The translations under genes and the position numbers were made by a program. The notes beneath the pieces were generated by a model. That model was not told the DNA's origin. It did not search any database and saw only the letters and a list, made by a program, of their open reading frames with translations. A stretch of DNA of 64,000 nucleotides, from NCBI GenBank assembly GCA_963422265.1, contig OY729416.1, positions 224,001-288,000 on the forward strand. The letters are read 5' to 3'. Shown in pieces: positions 50,434 through 60,373 of the stretch; position 1 is the first letter of the stretch, and each line of letters opens with the position of its first letter. The stretch is from Thermodesulfobacteriota bacterium (GTDB lineage Bacteria > Desulfobacterota_D > UBA1144 > Nemesobacterales > UBA2774).

Positions 50434-53400
50434 TGTTTGCTAGTCGGTGGTGTCCTGAGTTTGCCGAAGGGAGGATGGGAGTGAGACGACGTCCGAGAGC
50501 GTTTATAGTCTCTTTTTTGATTTTGAAGTCGGTCATCAGTTTAGAAGGTGCGACTGCTAATTCCAATTCTTTCTTTTCATTAAGAGGAAGTTTGTTGAAT
50601 TCTTTGTCAGATGTTGAGTCTGTATGTATTCGTAATGGCAGTTTTATACAATTGTTCTTTGAATCCCTATCAATCTTTCTAACCTTATAGAACTTTCTTT
50701 CGCCATTTTCTCTGATACTCACTGTGTCTCCCACACATAAGCTCATAACAAACTCCCAATCTTCCCCGTGATTGGTCTTCACAATCGGTTCTTTCAGAAT
50801 CCTTGCTCTTTCTGTAGCTTCCATAGTAGTTACAACAGTCCCTTTGTATTTTCCATTATTTCGGTTTTTCAAAATTTCCACATGATGGTTGTTTCCATAG
50901 GTAAAAACGCCAATGGTTTTCTCATCCTCATTTTTTTTGTAAAAGTGAAGATTTTCATTGGTCTTGTCAGATTGCCAAACCCGAGCGCGTCTGACAACAT
51001 CCCCCGTTTTTGGATGCTTGAAAGATTCTTCTTTCAATCTCTTTTGAGCGGTTTCTAGTCCACCATTCATATTGACATGTTGTTCAAAGCCTTCCTTGAT
51101 TACAGGACACACTATGTTTTTAAGGTCCTTGTCCGACATAGCAGTTAGATTTTTACGCACAACAATCCCTTTTCTGCCATTCTCTTCTCTTATTCCATAA
51201 GCTGTATCTTTGTGGAAAGCCCCAGTCAGCTTTCTATTCGTAGAATGAGATACAATCATTCGATTTGCTGCTTCGGTCAGGCTATCTCTCAGATTATTCA
51301 GAATAGAAGGCACTTCCATTCCATGTTCGGGAGAGACGTTGTCGTCATTCGCATACGATGCCAAGCGAACTATTTTCTGGTAGAGGCTGCGGTTTGTGAG
51401 GGCTATGACGGTTGCGTCAATAGCATGGTGGCGATGGTCGGCGCGGTTCTTTTCCCCGGTTTCTCCGAGGATGTTGTTCAGTCCCCATTGGTGACGAAGC
51501 CAGCTTGTGGCGCCCCCTTTTGTAAAAGAAACGTCACAGCCAAGCGTCTTCATGTATTTACCCGTTTCTCTTGCTATGTAGCGTGTGTCGCTTAACTGAT
51601 TGTTGATGAAATCATCTATATTATCCATTTCTTTTGTCATTACCCGTTTGCGTTTTGGATCCGGATAATCTTTTATGGTGTTTTCAATGATCTCCCATTG
51701 TTCGGTATTGCCAAAAGCCTCCCAAGGGCTTTTGTTGCCTTTCTTCTGATTTTCTTGAGCAAAACATACGACTTTATTCATATAAGAGTTGTCAAGGCTT
51801 CTGCTATACGGCAGTATGTGGTCTATCTCAACGTCTGCCGACCAAAGGTCAGTCAGAGAGATTGTTTCTCCGCTGTAGGAACATTGCTGCTTGCTTTCTG
51901 TCCAGAGCCTGTATTTCAGCTTGTCTTGATGGCTTATGTGTGTCCTCAATTGTAGATGGGGGTTCGCATTACGAATTTCATTGTATTTTTCTTCTGCTTC
52001 CTCATTCGCCTTCGTGTTAGCCTCCTGAATTTTTTTATTTCTTTGATACCTTTTGGTATTCATTTCCAAATCACGAGCCATTTCTATGCGTATTGATGCT
52101 GGCTTTCCATACTCTTTGATTATTGCATTTACAACACGACGGACCTCATAAAGCGCCTTTGTAACAATGGGGTTTGGTATAAATGGTATTTCTCCAAGAG
52201 TGTCGTCATTTCCGTCTGGTTGCTTGATAATCTCTTTATAGCCGGCTGCTTGAACAGCGCCCAATTCTTCTTTCCTGTCGCTTTCCCTGCTGTAAATTCT
52301 GCCTTCTTTAAGGTGGGGAAGAATGTTGTTTATTGCCTTTAATGAGAGATTGCCATATCCCTCTTCCAATTCCAGTACCGCAAGTTTTACGGCTTTTTCC
52401 AAATCAAACTTCCAGTAGTTTTGAAGCCGTTTTTTCAGTCCCTTCTTGGATTCGTAGGAAATCAAGTCTTCAACAAGTTGTTTCTGTATCTTCTCATCCC
52501 ACGAGTCCCACACATCCCCGATAATTTCCCTGACTTCATAGGCTGTTCGGTTTCCCTGAATTCCCTTTCTGTTTTTTCCTTCAACCTTTTCCAGATTGAA
52601 TTTCGTTTTTTTATTCAGATTGAGAAGGTCTTTCTTTTTGAGAGCCGTCCATGTTAGATTTCTTGTTTTTTCGAGTGTTTCAGCTATAAGGCTTTTCTGT
52701 TCTAATGTGGGTTTTGCATCTACTTCTCCAGTTTCAAGGTCATACCAACTCAAATTATTTATATCCTGCCAGTAGCGGAATTGTTGAGACTCGAGTCGTC
52801 CATGCTCTATTCTTCTTTTGTTCGGTTCTAGCGAGCAGTTACCTATCGTTTTCTTATCCCATCTTACGGGTCGTTGAAAAAATATGATTTCTTCAATTGT
52901 TTCTTTTACTTCTTTTGTATAGAGCTCGGGGTTTAGTGCAGACTGTTTTTGAAAGATTATTTCGAGCTCCTCCTGATACATTTTTCTATCAGTTCTTCGG
53001 TCGTGATGTTCCCCCCTGTTACGCGTGCGATCTTGGTTTTTGAGATATTCTCCCAAAGTCCTCATTCCGCTTTCTTTTATTTCTCCGCAAAGTTTTTTAA
53101 TATCCTTTTTGAAAGCGCCTTCATCTTTATCAGATTTTGTTGTTTCATCTTCAATCTTAAGAATCTCCTGCGATTCCGGGTCCTCGCGCAGATCTCCAAA
53201 TCCTGTTTTGCGATTACTGAGGAATCCCCTCCGCGTTCCTAAATGCAGGACTGCACGTCCGAATTCGTGAGGATTAAGCTCCTTATCTAGCGCTTTTGCT
53301 CTTAGTTCGTAAGGGTCTCCGAGTTTGTTGAGTTCAACTTCAGGGTTGGGGTTGTTCTTCAGGGTTTCTGGTAAAAATCCCTTGCTTATAAGATAGTTTC

Positions 53401-53638
53401 TCAATCGCGCCTTGCGTCTGTGGCGGCGTTCTATAACTCGCCTTGAAAGGCGCGCTCTCCTGCGATCCTGATTTTTAGGTTTAGGAGTTTTATCTTCAAC
53501 AGAACGGATAAAGATACGGCTTCCACAACCAATAAATCTTATGGGTTCTCCGTTGTTTTCCTCAACTATACTCCAGCCAATAGAGTTCGTTCCTACATCA
53601 AGACCCAGAGCGTATTCAGAGAGTTTTGGTTTTTTCAT
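50414..53638 (-). CDS. cas9: Type II-C Cas9 (1074 aa)
   Basis: RuvC-I GLDVGTNSIGW, Arg-rich bridge helix, RuvC-II IEMARD, HNH EIDHILPYSRSLDNSYMNKV, RuvC-III HHAIDA; no csn2 or cas4 in the locus. Confidence 0.97.
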   Translation of the reverse strand: MKKPKLSEYALGLDVGTNSIGWSIVEENNGEPIRFIGCGSRIFIRSVEDKTPKPKNQDRRRARLSRRVIERRHRRKARLRNYLISKGFLPETLKNNPNPEVELNKLGDPYELRAKALDKELNPHEFGRAVLHLGTRRGFLSNRKTGFGDLREDPESQEILKIEDETTKSDKDEGAFKKDIKKLCGEIKESGMRTLGEYLKNQDRTRNRGEHHDRRTDRKMYQEELEIIFQKQSALNPELYTKEVKETIEEIIFFQRPVRWDKKTIGNCSLEPNKRRIEHGRLESQQFRYWQDINNLSWYDLETGEVDAKPTLEQKSLIAETLEKTRNLTWTALKKKDLLNLNKKTKFNLEKVEGKNRKGIQGNRTAYEVREIIGDVWDSWDEKIQKQLVEDLISYESKKGLKKRLQNYWKFDLEKAVKLAVLELEEGYGNLSLKAINNILPHLKEGRIYSRESDRKEELGAVQAAGYKEIIKQPDGNDDTLGEIPFIPNPIVTKALYEVRRVVNAIIKEYGKPASIRIEMARDLEMNTKRYQRNKKIQEANTKANEEAEEKYNEIRNANPHLQLRTHISHQDKLKYRLWTESKQQCSYSGETISLTDLWSADVEIDHILPYSRSLDNSYMNKVVCFAQENQKKGNKSPWEAFGNTEQWEIIENTIKDYPDPKRKRVMTKEMDNIDDFINNQLSDTRYIARETGKYMKTLGCDVSFTKGGATSWLRHQWGLNNILGETGEKNRADHRHHAIDATVIALTNRSLYQKIVRLASYANDDNVSPEHGMEVPSILNNLRDSLTEAANRMIVSHSTNRKLTGAFHKDTAYGIREENGRKGIVVRKNLTAMSDKDLKNIVCPVIKEGFEQHVNMNGGLETAQKRLKEESFKHPKTGDVVRRARVWQSDKTNENLHFYKKNEDEKTIGVFTYGNNHHVEILKNRNNGKYKGTVVTTMEATERARILKEPIVKTNHGEDWEFVMSLCVGDTVSIRENGERKFYKVRKIDRDSKNNCIKLPLRIHTDSTSDKEFNKLPLNEKKELELAVAPSKLMTDFKIKKETINALGRRLTPILPSANSGHHRLANNDQANH

Positions 53639-53666
53639 TTATTATCCCCTTTGTTAGTGCAAACTC

Positions 53667-53695
53667 TTGACGCCTTCTAGTTCTTTCTGTACCAT
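53667..53695 (+). promoter_or_regulatory. Putative tracrRNA promoter
   Basis: TTGACG-N17-TACCAT, 11 nt before the anti-repeat. Confidence 0.6.
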
Positions 53696-53701
53696 CTATA
53701 C

Positions 53702-53829
53702 TAGTGATTGTAACTGACTGAAGCCTGCCAAACAATTTCTGTTTTGCTATTCATAACAAGAAGCAAATGTTTCGCAGGATAGCCTTTCAAGGTAAACCTA
53801 AGCGCCTCCCAGCGGGGCGCTTTTTTTTT
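53702..53829 (+). ncRNA. tracrRNA
   Basis: 53707-53729 is the exact complement of the repeat's last 23 nt; 53746-53757 GCTATTCATAAC pairs with the first 12 nt (two G-U); followed by AAG and an intrinsic terminator. 5' end estimated. Confidence 0.9.
53800..53829 (+). terminator. Intrinsic terminator of tracrRNA
   Basis: AAGCGCCTC-ccagc-GGGGCGCTT followed by a T run. Confidence 0.85.
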
Positions 53830-53974
53830 ATAATGTGGTGGTTTTGCCCTTTGAAAATGGTGAGGTGGCGCTATTTAGCTAGAAACGGTGAGAGGGGGGG
53901 TGTAGACAGGGTAGGGATGTATAAAGGTAGCCGTCATCCTTTTCCTATGGAATAAGTACCCGTAGCAAACCAGG

Positions 53975-55237
53975 TCAACTTTTATACTTAACAGCCGACT
54001 TACAAATTTCCTCAATATCAACCTCTTCTTCAGAGCTTTTTCTCATATCTCGGACGGTTAGCTTGCCACGACTGAGTTCGTCTTCTCCTATAATAAAAGC
54101 GTATTTAGCCCCTGATTTATCTGCTCGCCTAAGCTGGCTTTTGAGGCTTTTAGCGCCATAATCCATTTCTGTATGAACCCCAATTCGCCTAAGTTCGTAT
54201 GCCAATGAGAAGGATTTCTTCAGCGCTTCTTTGCCTAAGTGCGCGATGAATAAGTCAACCTCTTTTTCAAATCCGCTGGGGGCGGTGAGCTTATGAAGGA
54301 GAATTATTCTATCAATACCCATAGCGAAGCCGACGGCTGGGGTCTTCGGTCCACCAAGCTCCTTTACAAGTCCGTCGTATCTTCCACCTGCGGCTACTGC
54401 GTTTTGCGCGCCTAGTCTATCCGTTGTGATCTCAAAAACCGTTCTATTGTAATAATCAAGACCCCTTACTATTCTGGGGTTAATAGTGAATTGAACGCCT
54501 ACCACGTTTAAGTTCTCCTTAACTGCTTCAAAGTGGTTTTTACATTCATCGCAAAGATTCTCTAGCATTGAAGGGGAATTCCTAGCCATTGCCTCGCAAC
54601 TGGGGTTTTTGCAGTCAAGTATTCTTAATGGGTTCGTCTTGAGCCTTCTTTGGCAGTCTTCGCATAAATCCCCTTTCAGTGGCGTGAAGTATTCTATTAT
54701 CTTCTCTTTATGGCGGGGTTTGCAATTCTCATCTCCTAAAGAATTCAACTCAAGCGTAACGTATTGAGAGAGCCCTGTCGCTTCAAAAAAGCTCATTAGC
54801 ATTGTGATTATCTCGGCGTCAGCGGTGGGATAGATTGATCCGAAAAGCTCAGCACCTATCTGATAGAATCCACGATACCGTCCCTTCTGGGGGCGTTCGT
54901 GCCTGAACATCATGCCTGAGTAGTAGAGCTTGGTTATGGACGACTTGGCGTGCATAGAGTGCTCTACGTAAGCTCTTACTACTCCAGCGGTGCCTTCTGG
55001 GCGGAGGGTTATGGATGAATTGTCCCTGTCTGTAAAAGTGTACATCTCCTTTTCCACGACGTCGGTTGAGGTGCCTAGGCTTCGGACGAAAACTTCAGTA
55101 AACTCAACTATGGGAATCCTTATTTCAGAAAATCCGTAAGGTTCAAATGTAGCCTTTGCCTTTTCCTCTACATAGCACCATCTAGTGGTATCCTCAGGCA
55201 GTATGTCGTTGAACCCTCTGATTGATTTTGCTTTCAT
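53975..55237 (-). CDS. hisS: Histidine--tRNA ligase
   Basis: RGFNDILP, LRPEGTA, FRHERPQKGRYR, VRGLDYY, AGGRYDGL. Confidence 0.97.
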   Translation of the reverse strand: MKAKSIRGFNDILPEDTTRWCYVEEKAKATFEPYGFSEIRIPIVEFTEVFVRSLGTSTDVVEKEMYTFTDRDNSSITLRPEGTAGVVRAYVEHSMHAKSSITKLYYSGMMFRHERPQKGRYRGFYQIGAELFGSIYPTADAEIITMLMSFFEATGLSQYVTLELNSLGDENCKPRHKEKIIEYFTPLKGDLCEDCQRRLKTNPLRILDCKNPSCEAMARNSPSMLENLCDECKNHFEAVKENLNVVGVQFTINPRIVRGLDYYNRTVFEITTDRLGAQNAVAAGGRYDGLVKELGGPKTPAVGFAMGIDRIILLHKLTAPSGFEKEVDLFIAHLGKEALKKSFSLAYELRRIGVHTEMDYGAKSLKSQLRRADKSGAKYAFIIGEDELSRGKLTVRDMRKSSEEEVDIEEICKSAVKYKS

Positions 55238-55439
55238 AAAGTTTGCTCGCTTATCGTAAATTCAATATGTTTGCTTGTGGAAGGCTGGAGTCTTGAAAAC
55301 TCCACATGGATAAACACTTATCATATCTTACAATATAGCCGATTTCTATTCTACGGGAGAGTTTAGAGTGTGTGGTCGCCGCTCTATAAGGTTGCTTTGC
55401 CGTCGCGGAGTCTTTACTTTAGCATAATCCACGTGTATT

Positions 55440-57011
55440 TTGTCTCACCTTAAATTCCTCCTGATTTTACTTAGCGCTTCTATTATGAAAAGAGAAATAA
55501 TCAAGAGAGTTTTAACTCTGAGCCTAGTTCTATTGCTCCTGACGGCTTTCACTAAGCAGTCATTTGGTGATGACAAACTGGAGTTTCAGGATGTACCCAT
55601 ACAAATTGATGGAGATGGTATTCATAGTCGAAATGGGCAGACGTTTCTTGATGATGACAATAGCCGGAGATGGAACGGTGCCCCTGGTCTAGGAGTGAAG
55701 GAGTTTGCTAGAGATACCGGAATAGCCTACGCCTCGGTATGGACGGCGAGGTGGTTCTACGTGAGAAACAAGAACAGTAGAATGTTTGATACCTCTCTTT
55801 CCGACTGGTGGAATAATATCTCACAGTTGCCAGAGGAGGATGACGGCGATGAGTTTTTCACAAACTTCATAGTTCATCCAGTTGTAGGTTCTCAATACTA
55901 CCTTTACTACCGTGCTATGGGTCATAGTTTTTGGGCATCGGCATTAGGGTCGTTCATTCAGAGCACGCTATTTGAATATACAGTTGAGGGTCTTGTGGAG
56001 ACCCCGTCTCTTCCTGACCTGGTCATTACCCCTCTTTTAGGGGTTCCACTAGGTTTCGGATTAGAAGAGACGTCTGACTTTCTTATAGAAACCGATTTTG
56101 TTCCTGCCAAAGTCCTCGCGCACGTGCTAAACCCTATGAGAAATTTAATCCATGACAGGCAGATAGGGGTTTATAACCCTTTTACAAAACAATTTATGTC
56201 CGTAGGGGGTCCCCTTACCTTTAACGCGAGTAGCGACGAATCTATAAAGCTCGCTTATCCGTTTTTTATTGAGTCTCCACTTCCTATTGGGAGGTTTATG
56301 ACGAGTATTGAATTTGTAAGTTTAGAGAAAAATCTGGGTGGCGAGTTTATCTTCTACTCTGCGAGGGTTGACATTCCATCAAGAAATGATATCTGGGAAG
56401 TTTACGTGCAGATTGCTCAGTCGGGCGTTAACGAGGTGGTCGTAAATGGAACCGATGTGAGTGATGGATTTGAGTTTGCCAATCTGTTAGTCGGCGGAAA
56501 ACACCTGCTTTTCAGGTCTAGTAATTCTGCACTTTCTGCTGGACTCGATTTGCACCTCCCTACATCGTATAAAGATAATGTTAAGAGGCTTAGAACTTTG
56601 TTGCTTTATAGAAAACATTTTCCTATGAACCTTCAGAGAGCCTGGACGGTTACGCCTTATCTAACGGGCGCATACTGGCAAGGAGTTTTTAGCATTCAGG
56701 CAATGGCTGGAACCGATTGGGTATTGAACGCTGGCAGGCTAGAGGGGAACAGCGTTGAGTTCATGCTGAACTACGCTGCATCCTTGGGGGCAAATATACC
56801 GACAACAATCTCCCCTGTCCTATTTGCGGAATTTAATGGTTACTCACTATTAACGGCTGATAATTATGAGAAGACGGACTTATTTGCGTCAACGGGAGTC
56901 AGGTTTGGTAGAAAGTTTAGTCCAGGTTTTGCAATGCAGTTCCCTCTCAGCGGTAGTGGTAAAGACGTGGCTAAATTGAGTTTCTTAATTGATTTTCAGG
57001 TTAGGCTTTAA
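55440..57011 (+). CDS. Secreted/outer-membrane protein, DUF3943-like domain plus possible beta-barrel
   Basis: Signal peptide, DGDEFFTNFIVHPVVGSQYY...FEY.VE...PS..DL..TP, beta-strand-rich C-terminus. Confidence 0.6.
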   Translation: MSHLKFLLILLSASIMKREIIKRVLTLSLVLLLLTAFTKQSFGDDKLEFQDVPIQIDGDGIHSRNGQTFLDDDNSRRWNGAPGLGVKEFARDTGIAYASVWTARWFYVRNKNSRMFDTSLSDWWNNISQLPEEDDGDEFFTNFIVHPVVGSQYYLYYRAMGHSFWASALGSFIQSTLFEYTVEGLVETPSLPDLVITPLLGVPLGFGLEETSDFLIETDFVPAKVLAHVLNPMRNLIHDRQIGVYNPFTKQFMSVGGPLTFNASSDESIKLAYPFFIESPLPIGRFMTSIEFVSLEKNLGGEFIFYSARVDIPSRNDIWEVYVQIAQSGVNEVVVNGTDVSDGFEFANLLVGGKHLLFRSSNSALSAGLDLHLPTSYKDNVKRLRTLLLYRKHFPMNLQRAWTVTPYLTGAYWQGVFSIQAMAGTDWVLNAGRLEGNSVEFMLNYAASLGANIPTTISPVLFAEFNGYSLLTADNYEKTDLFASTGVRFGRKFSPGFAMQFPLSGSGKDVAKLSFLIDFQVRL

Positions 57012-57037
57012 GCTTCTCGCGTTTTAATATGACAAAA

Positions 57038-57337
57038 TCACTTCTTCAAGCCTTTCTTGAGATTCTTCTCAAATTCGTCAATGGGTATTGCAGCGAGGGT
57101 TGTCAGATGAACAGTTCCCCTGGCGCCTAGCTCGGTGGATACCTTTGTAATAGTTTCATTATCTGGGGCTTCCACTATGTTTATGAAGTCGTAGGGTCCA
57201 AGAACGGCGTATTGGGTTATTACCTTTACTCCCATTTTCTCCATTTCTTTGTTGACTTCAACAATCCTCTCGGGTCTCATCTTAACCGTTTTTCTTCCTT
57301 CATCCGTTAGCACGCTCATCATTATATAAATTCCCAT
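57038..57337 (-). CDS. GYD-domain protein
   Basis: LTDEGRKT, YAVLGPYDF..IVEAPD. Confidence 0.88.
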   Translation of the reverse strand: MGIYIMMSVLTDEGRKTVKMRPERIVEVNKEMEKMGVKVITQYAVLGPYDFINIVEAPDNETITKVSTELGARGTVHLTTLAAIPIDEFEKNLKKGLKK

Positions 57338-57411
57338 GAGGTTCCTCCCGGTGTTTTAATAGAGAAGGTATAGTTTTTTGAATTAAGCATACTTTTATAG
57401 TCCCGACTTGC

Positions 57412-57750
57412 TCATTTAGTCTGAAGGGTAGCGTATTCTTCCACGTCGGCAGCGTATTTATCCTTTTCCCTCTGGCATCTGGATTCATCTCCTGAGTTGT
57501 CTGTTAAGCAATTATCTAGTTCTCTTCTTGATTTCTGAACTGCCTGTCTCGCCTCGTTAAGGGATAGCTTTTTTCTTGATACCCCTATAGGATTTTCGAT
57601 TCCAACGTCCTTTCCACTTTCAATGAATTCTTTTCCCGTTCTGCTTATTGTGCTGCACCCTACAACGGGATAAGCCATCAGCAGAGTGGCTAGGATTAAT
57701 AGACACCGCATTAGATACACCCTCCTAGTTAATTTAGGCATGTTACCCAT
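57412..57750 (-). CDS. Small putative lipoprotein
   Basis: Hydrophobic stretch ending VVGC; helical C-terminus with a Cys pair. Confidence 0.6.
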   Translation of the reverse strand: MGNMPKLTRRVYLMRCLLILATLLMAYPVVGCSTISRTGKEFIESGKDVGIENPIGVSRKKLSLNEARQAVQKSRRELDNCLTDNSGDESRCQREKDKYAADVEEYATLQTK

Positions 57751-57841
57751 GGGTTAAGAAATAACGATAATTATCATACCTAAACGATTGGAAAGCTAAA
57801 CACAAAAAGAGGGATTGACTCTACAACTTTTTATAAATTTC

Positions 57842-57887
57842 TTGACTAGAAAACGACGGTTGCTTATAGTTGGAACTGAGAGTCAAG
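57842..57887 (+). promoter_or_regulatory. Promoter with flanking inverted repeat upstream of the RHH gene
   Basis: TTGACT-N17-TATAGT; CTTGACT...AGTCAAG. Confidence 0.45.
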
Positions 57888-57947
57888 TATTATTATAATA
57901 TTTATTTAGGTATAGGACAATTTGGGTTTTCCTAAGGAGATTAGAGA

Positions 57948-58154
57948 ATGCCTGACTATTCAATATATCTACCAGAGAAAATAAATGATCGTCTTGCGGC
58001 AATTGCTGACCAAGAACAGATCAGTAAATCGGATGCGCTAGCGAGGGCTTTCGCATTGCTTGACATTGTATATGAGGCAAAACGAGGAGGCCACGTCATT
58101 GTCAAAATTGTAAACGATAATGATGATGTAATTTCACGTATAACTGATATATAA
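57948..58154 (+). CDS. Ribbon-helix-helix (CopG-like) protein
   Basis: YSIYLPEKINDRLAAIADQEQISKSDALARA; RBS AAGGAG. Confidence 0.8.
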   Translation: MPDYSIYLPEKINDRLAAIADQEQISKSDALARAFALLDIVYEAKRGGHVIVKIVNDNDDVISRITDI

Positions 58155-58473
58155 TGAAGCAGATAACAGAATCTGATAAACGTATCCGTGATTATTATAG
58201 CGATATTGACGAATCAATTGCCCTAGATAATGAAGCTAAAAGACAAAAACAAAGTTTACGCAAGGACTGGACTACGCAAGTTGGGCAAAATGGGTAGTTA
58301 CCTTGTGGCTGATATTTATAGCGGTATATCTTGTAGTTATCACTGCATTGAAATTCTGTTATTCCGATAAAACAGTTGTTTCTGACAAGGTTTTAATGAC
58401 GCTTTTAGCAACGACCACCGTCAATGTCATTGCACTGACCTTGGTTATTATAAAAGGACTTTTTAAGTCATAG
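58154..58473 (+). pseudogene. Two-TM membrane protein frameshifted by a 5-bp duplication
   Basis: TAATG coupling to RHH; removing one GGACT (58264-58273) gives 104 aa ...LRKDYASWAKWVVTLWLIFI...SDKVLMTLLATTTVNVIALTLVIIKGLF. Confidence 0.7.
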
Positions 58474-58952
58474 ACTAAAGCTTTTCATATTGCAATACGT
58501 CAACACCGCTAAACAACTTCTCCCCTTAAACCCCGATTAAACCAAATTTAACGACGCCATATTCATCATTCAAGAGAACCTAAATTACAACGACAAATTT
58601 CTCCCCATTCCTCAGTCTGGCTAGGGACATGCTTTCCACGTTAAAGAAAAGTGATAAAATGTATAGAAAAGTAAGGAGAAATGACAGAAAAGTGCCGAAA
58701 ACGTGCTGGAAAAGTGATAGAAAAGAGATGGCAAATGAAAGAGAATGGCTAGTTTTAGCAGTTTTCAACGTAACGCACTGTTAGTAGTGTCTCCCAATAT
58801 TAGGAGGGCACCTCGCTTCATCTCACTGACGTAATAAGCAGATTTCAAGTAGCTAGCTCAATCTTTGGAACTAGTCAGGATAGGCCTTAAAGCCGGGGAG
58901 GAGACGCTTTCCCCTCCCAGTTCTACTTTGTTTTTCTCGTATCTTAAAGGGC

Positions 58953-59387
58953 TTAGTTTACCTTAAAAAGGTCTAGGTAATCACCGAAAAGACCAAAAGT
59001 TTTTTCAACGTTCCCATGGGTGACTGTATGAGCGTCTTTGGTCAATTTTTCAGATATGCTCCGCGTAGATTTGATTTGCTCTTTTTGGATGTCGATATAT
59101 TTATTGAATTGACCCGCTACTTTTTTTGTGTTTCCATTTGCGAGTGGAATGTCTTTATAGAACTCGCTTACATTAGTTACACACTCCTTTTCGAGGTCAA
59201 ACATCTTATCTACTTGTGTATTAAAGACCTTCATCCCCTGTTCTAAAATAGAGAAAGAAAAGTCCACGCCATTTAAGTAATTTTCTTTAATTACACCTGA
59301 AAATTTCTTTGCAGGCTCTGTATATTCTTGATGTTCCTTACCTTTGGATGTGCTTTTTACCGCTGGGGTCGTTGTTGCTGCAGACAT
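58953..59387 (-). CDS. Helical protein, phasin-like
   Basis: RBS GGAGG before MSAATTT; amphipathic helical pattern; function is a guess. Confidence 0.5.
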   Translation of the reverse strand: MSAATTTPAVKSTSKGKEHQEYTEPAKKFSGVIKENYLNGVDFSFSILEQGMKVFNTQVDKMFDLEKECVTNVSEFYKDIPLANGNTKKVAGQFNKYIDIQKEQIKSTRSISEKLTKDAHTVTHGNVEKTFGLFGDYLDLFKVN

Positions 59388-59699
59388 TTTAATTTCCTCC
59401 TGTCTAATTTTTTCTTGCTCATAATATAAACTTCTTTGAGGTATTGTCAAGGGTTTTTGTTCGCATCTGCACAATTCAATTGTATAATAATTTAAGTAAG
59501 TTATGAGATTTTATCAATTTTTCTAAATGCGTATGCTGATTAAAGGGATATCGGCTATAGAAATCCTTGATAAACATTCCGACTATATATTCACTCAACC
59601 GTAACTAGAAGATTAGAATCTGAAACAAGTTTAGAATGATGTAAGAGCTCAAATAGATATGAGACTGTGTGTGGTAGATGTCCTGCTGAGTGGTCAGTG

Positions 59700-60290
59700 A
59701 GTTATCCTGAGTTTGCTGAAGCGAGCGCAACCGACAAATCCCATCCTTTTCCTCTCTCCCTCTAGGAGAGGGTTGGGGTGAGGGTGCTTTTCCGTCATTC
59801 TCGCCTCCGCCTGTCCCCGCAGTCTTTTGAGCGGGGAACTGGGAATCCAGGAATGGTTCGGCAGGCTCACCAACCAGGGGGACGGGGAACGTGAACTCCT
59901 TCCTCACATAATCCCCCTTTAGAGAAAAGGGGGATACAGGGGGATTTGTTCCTTATCCTTTTAATCATGGCTCATCATTTAATCCCAAGAATCACAGTTC
60001 AGACATCTCTCCCCATCTAGATTCCTGCTTTCGCAGGAATGACAACTGCCACGCATCACTCCATCTTTTCTCCCTCTCCCTCTGGGAAAGAGCAGGGGTG
60101 AGGGTATTTTCGTCATTCCCGCCTCCGAGCGGGAATCCAGGAAGAGGGTTGGGGACATGCGTGGTTACCCTTGCCTTTGTCTTAGGGGGACTACCCTTCA
60201 AAAGGTTCAGGGCGTCGCTAGGGCTGTCCCTACAGGTAAAAAGAAAATCCATACTAACCCTCCTTTAGGAAAGGAGAGAAAAAGCTAAAA
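59700..60290. repeat. Second mosaic of REP-like repeats
   Basis: Same unit types as 47288-48441, plus GTCATTCCCGC...GCGGGAATCC and GATTCCTGCTTTCGCAGGAATGAC. Confidence 0.8.
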
Positions 60291-60373
60291 AAGGTCGGAG
60301 AGTAGAAGAAGGGGGATCCTACTCCACGTTTCCATAAGTATGTCGGCAAATGACCCTCCAATCTAGCCAATTA

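Noticed and set aside
49191-53638. Type II-A or II-B classification
   Set aside because: No csn2 or cas4 between cas2 and the array; size and layout fit II-C.
59605-60252. ORFs over REP mosaics (also 47427-47897)
   Set aside because: Peptides such as PSPQPSPRGRE and LTPALSQRERE are translations of the palindromic repeats.
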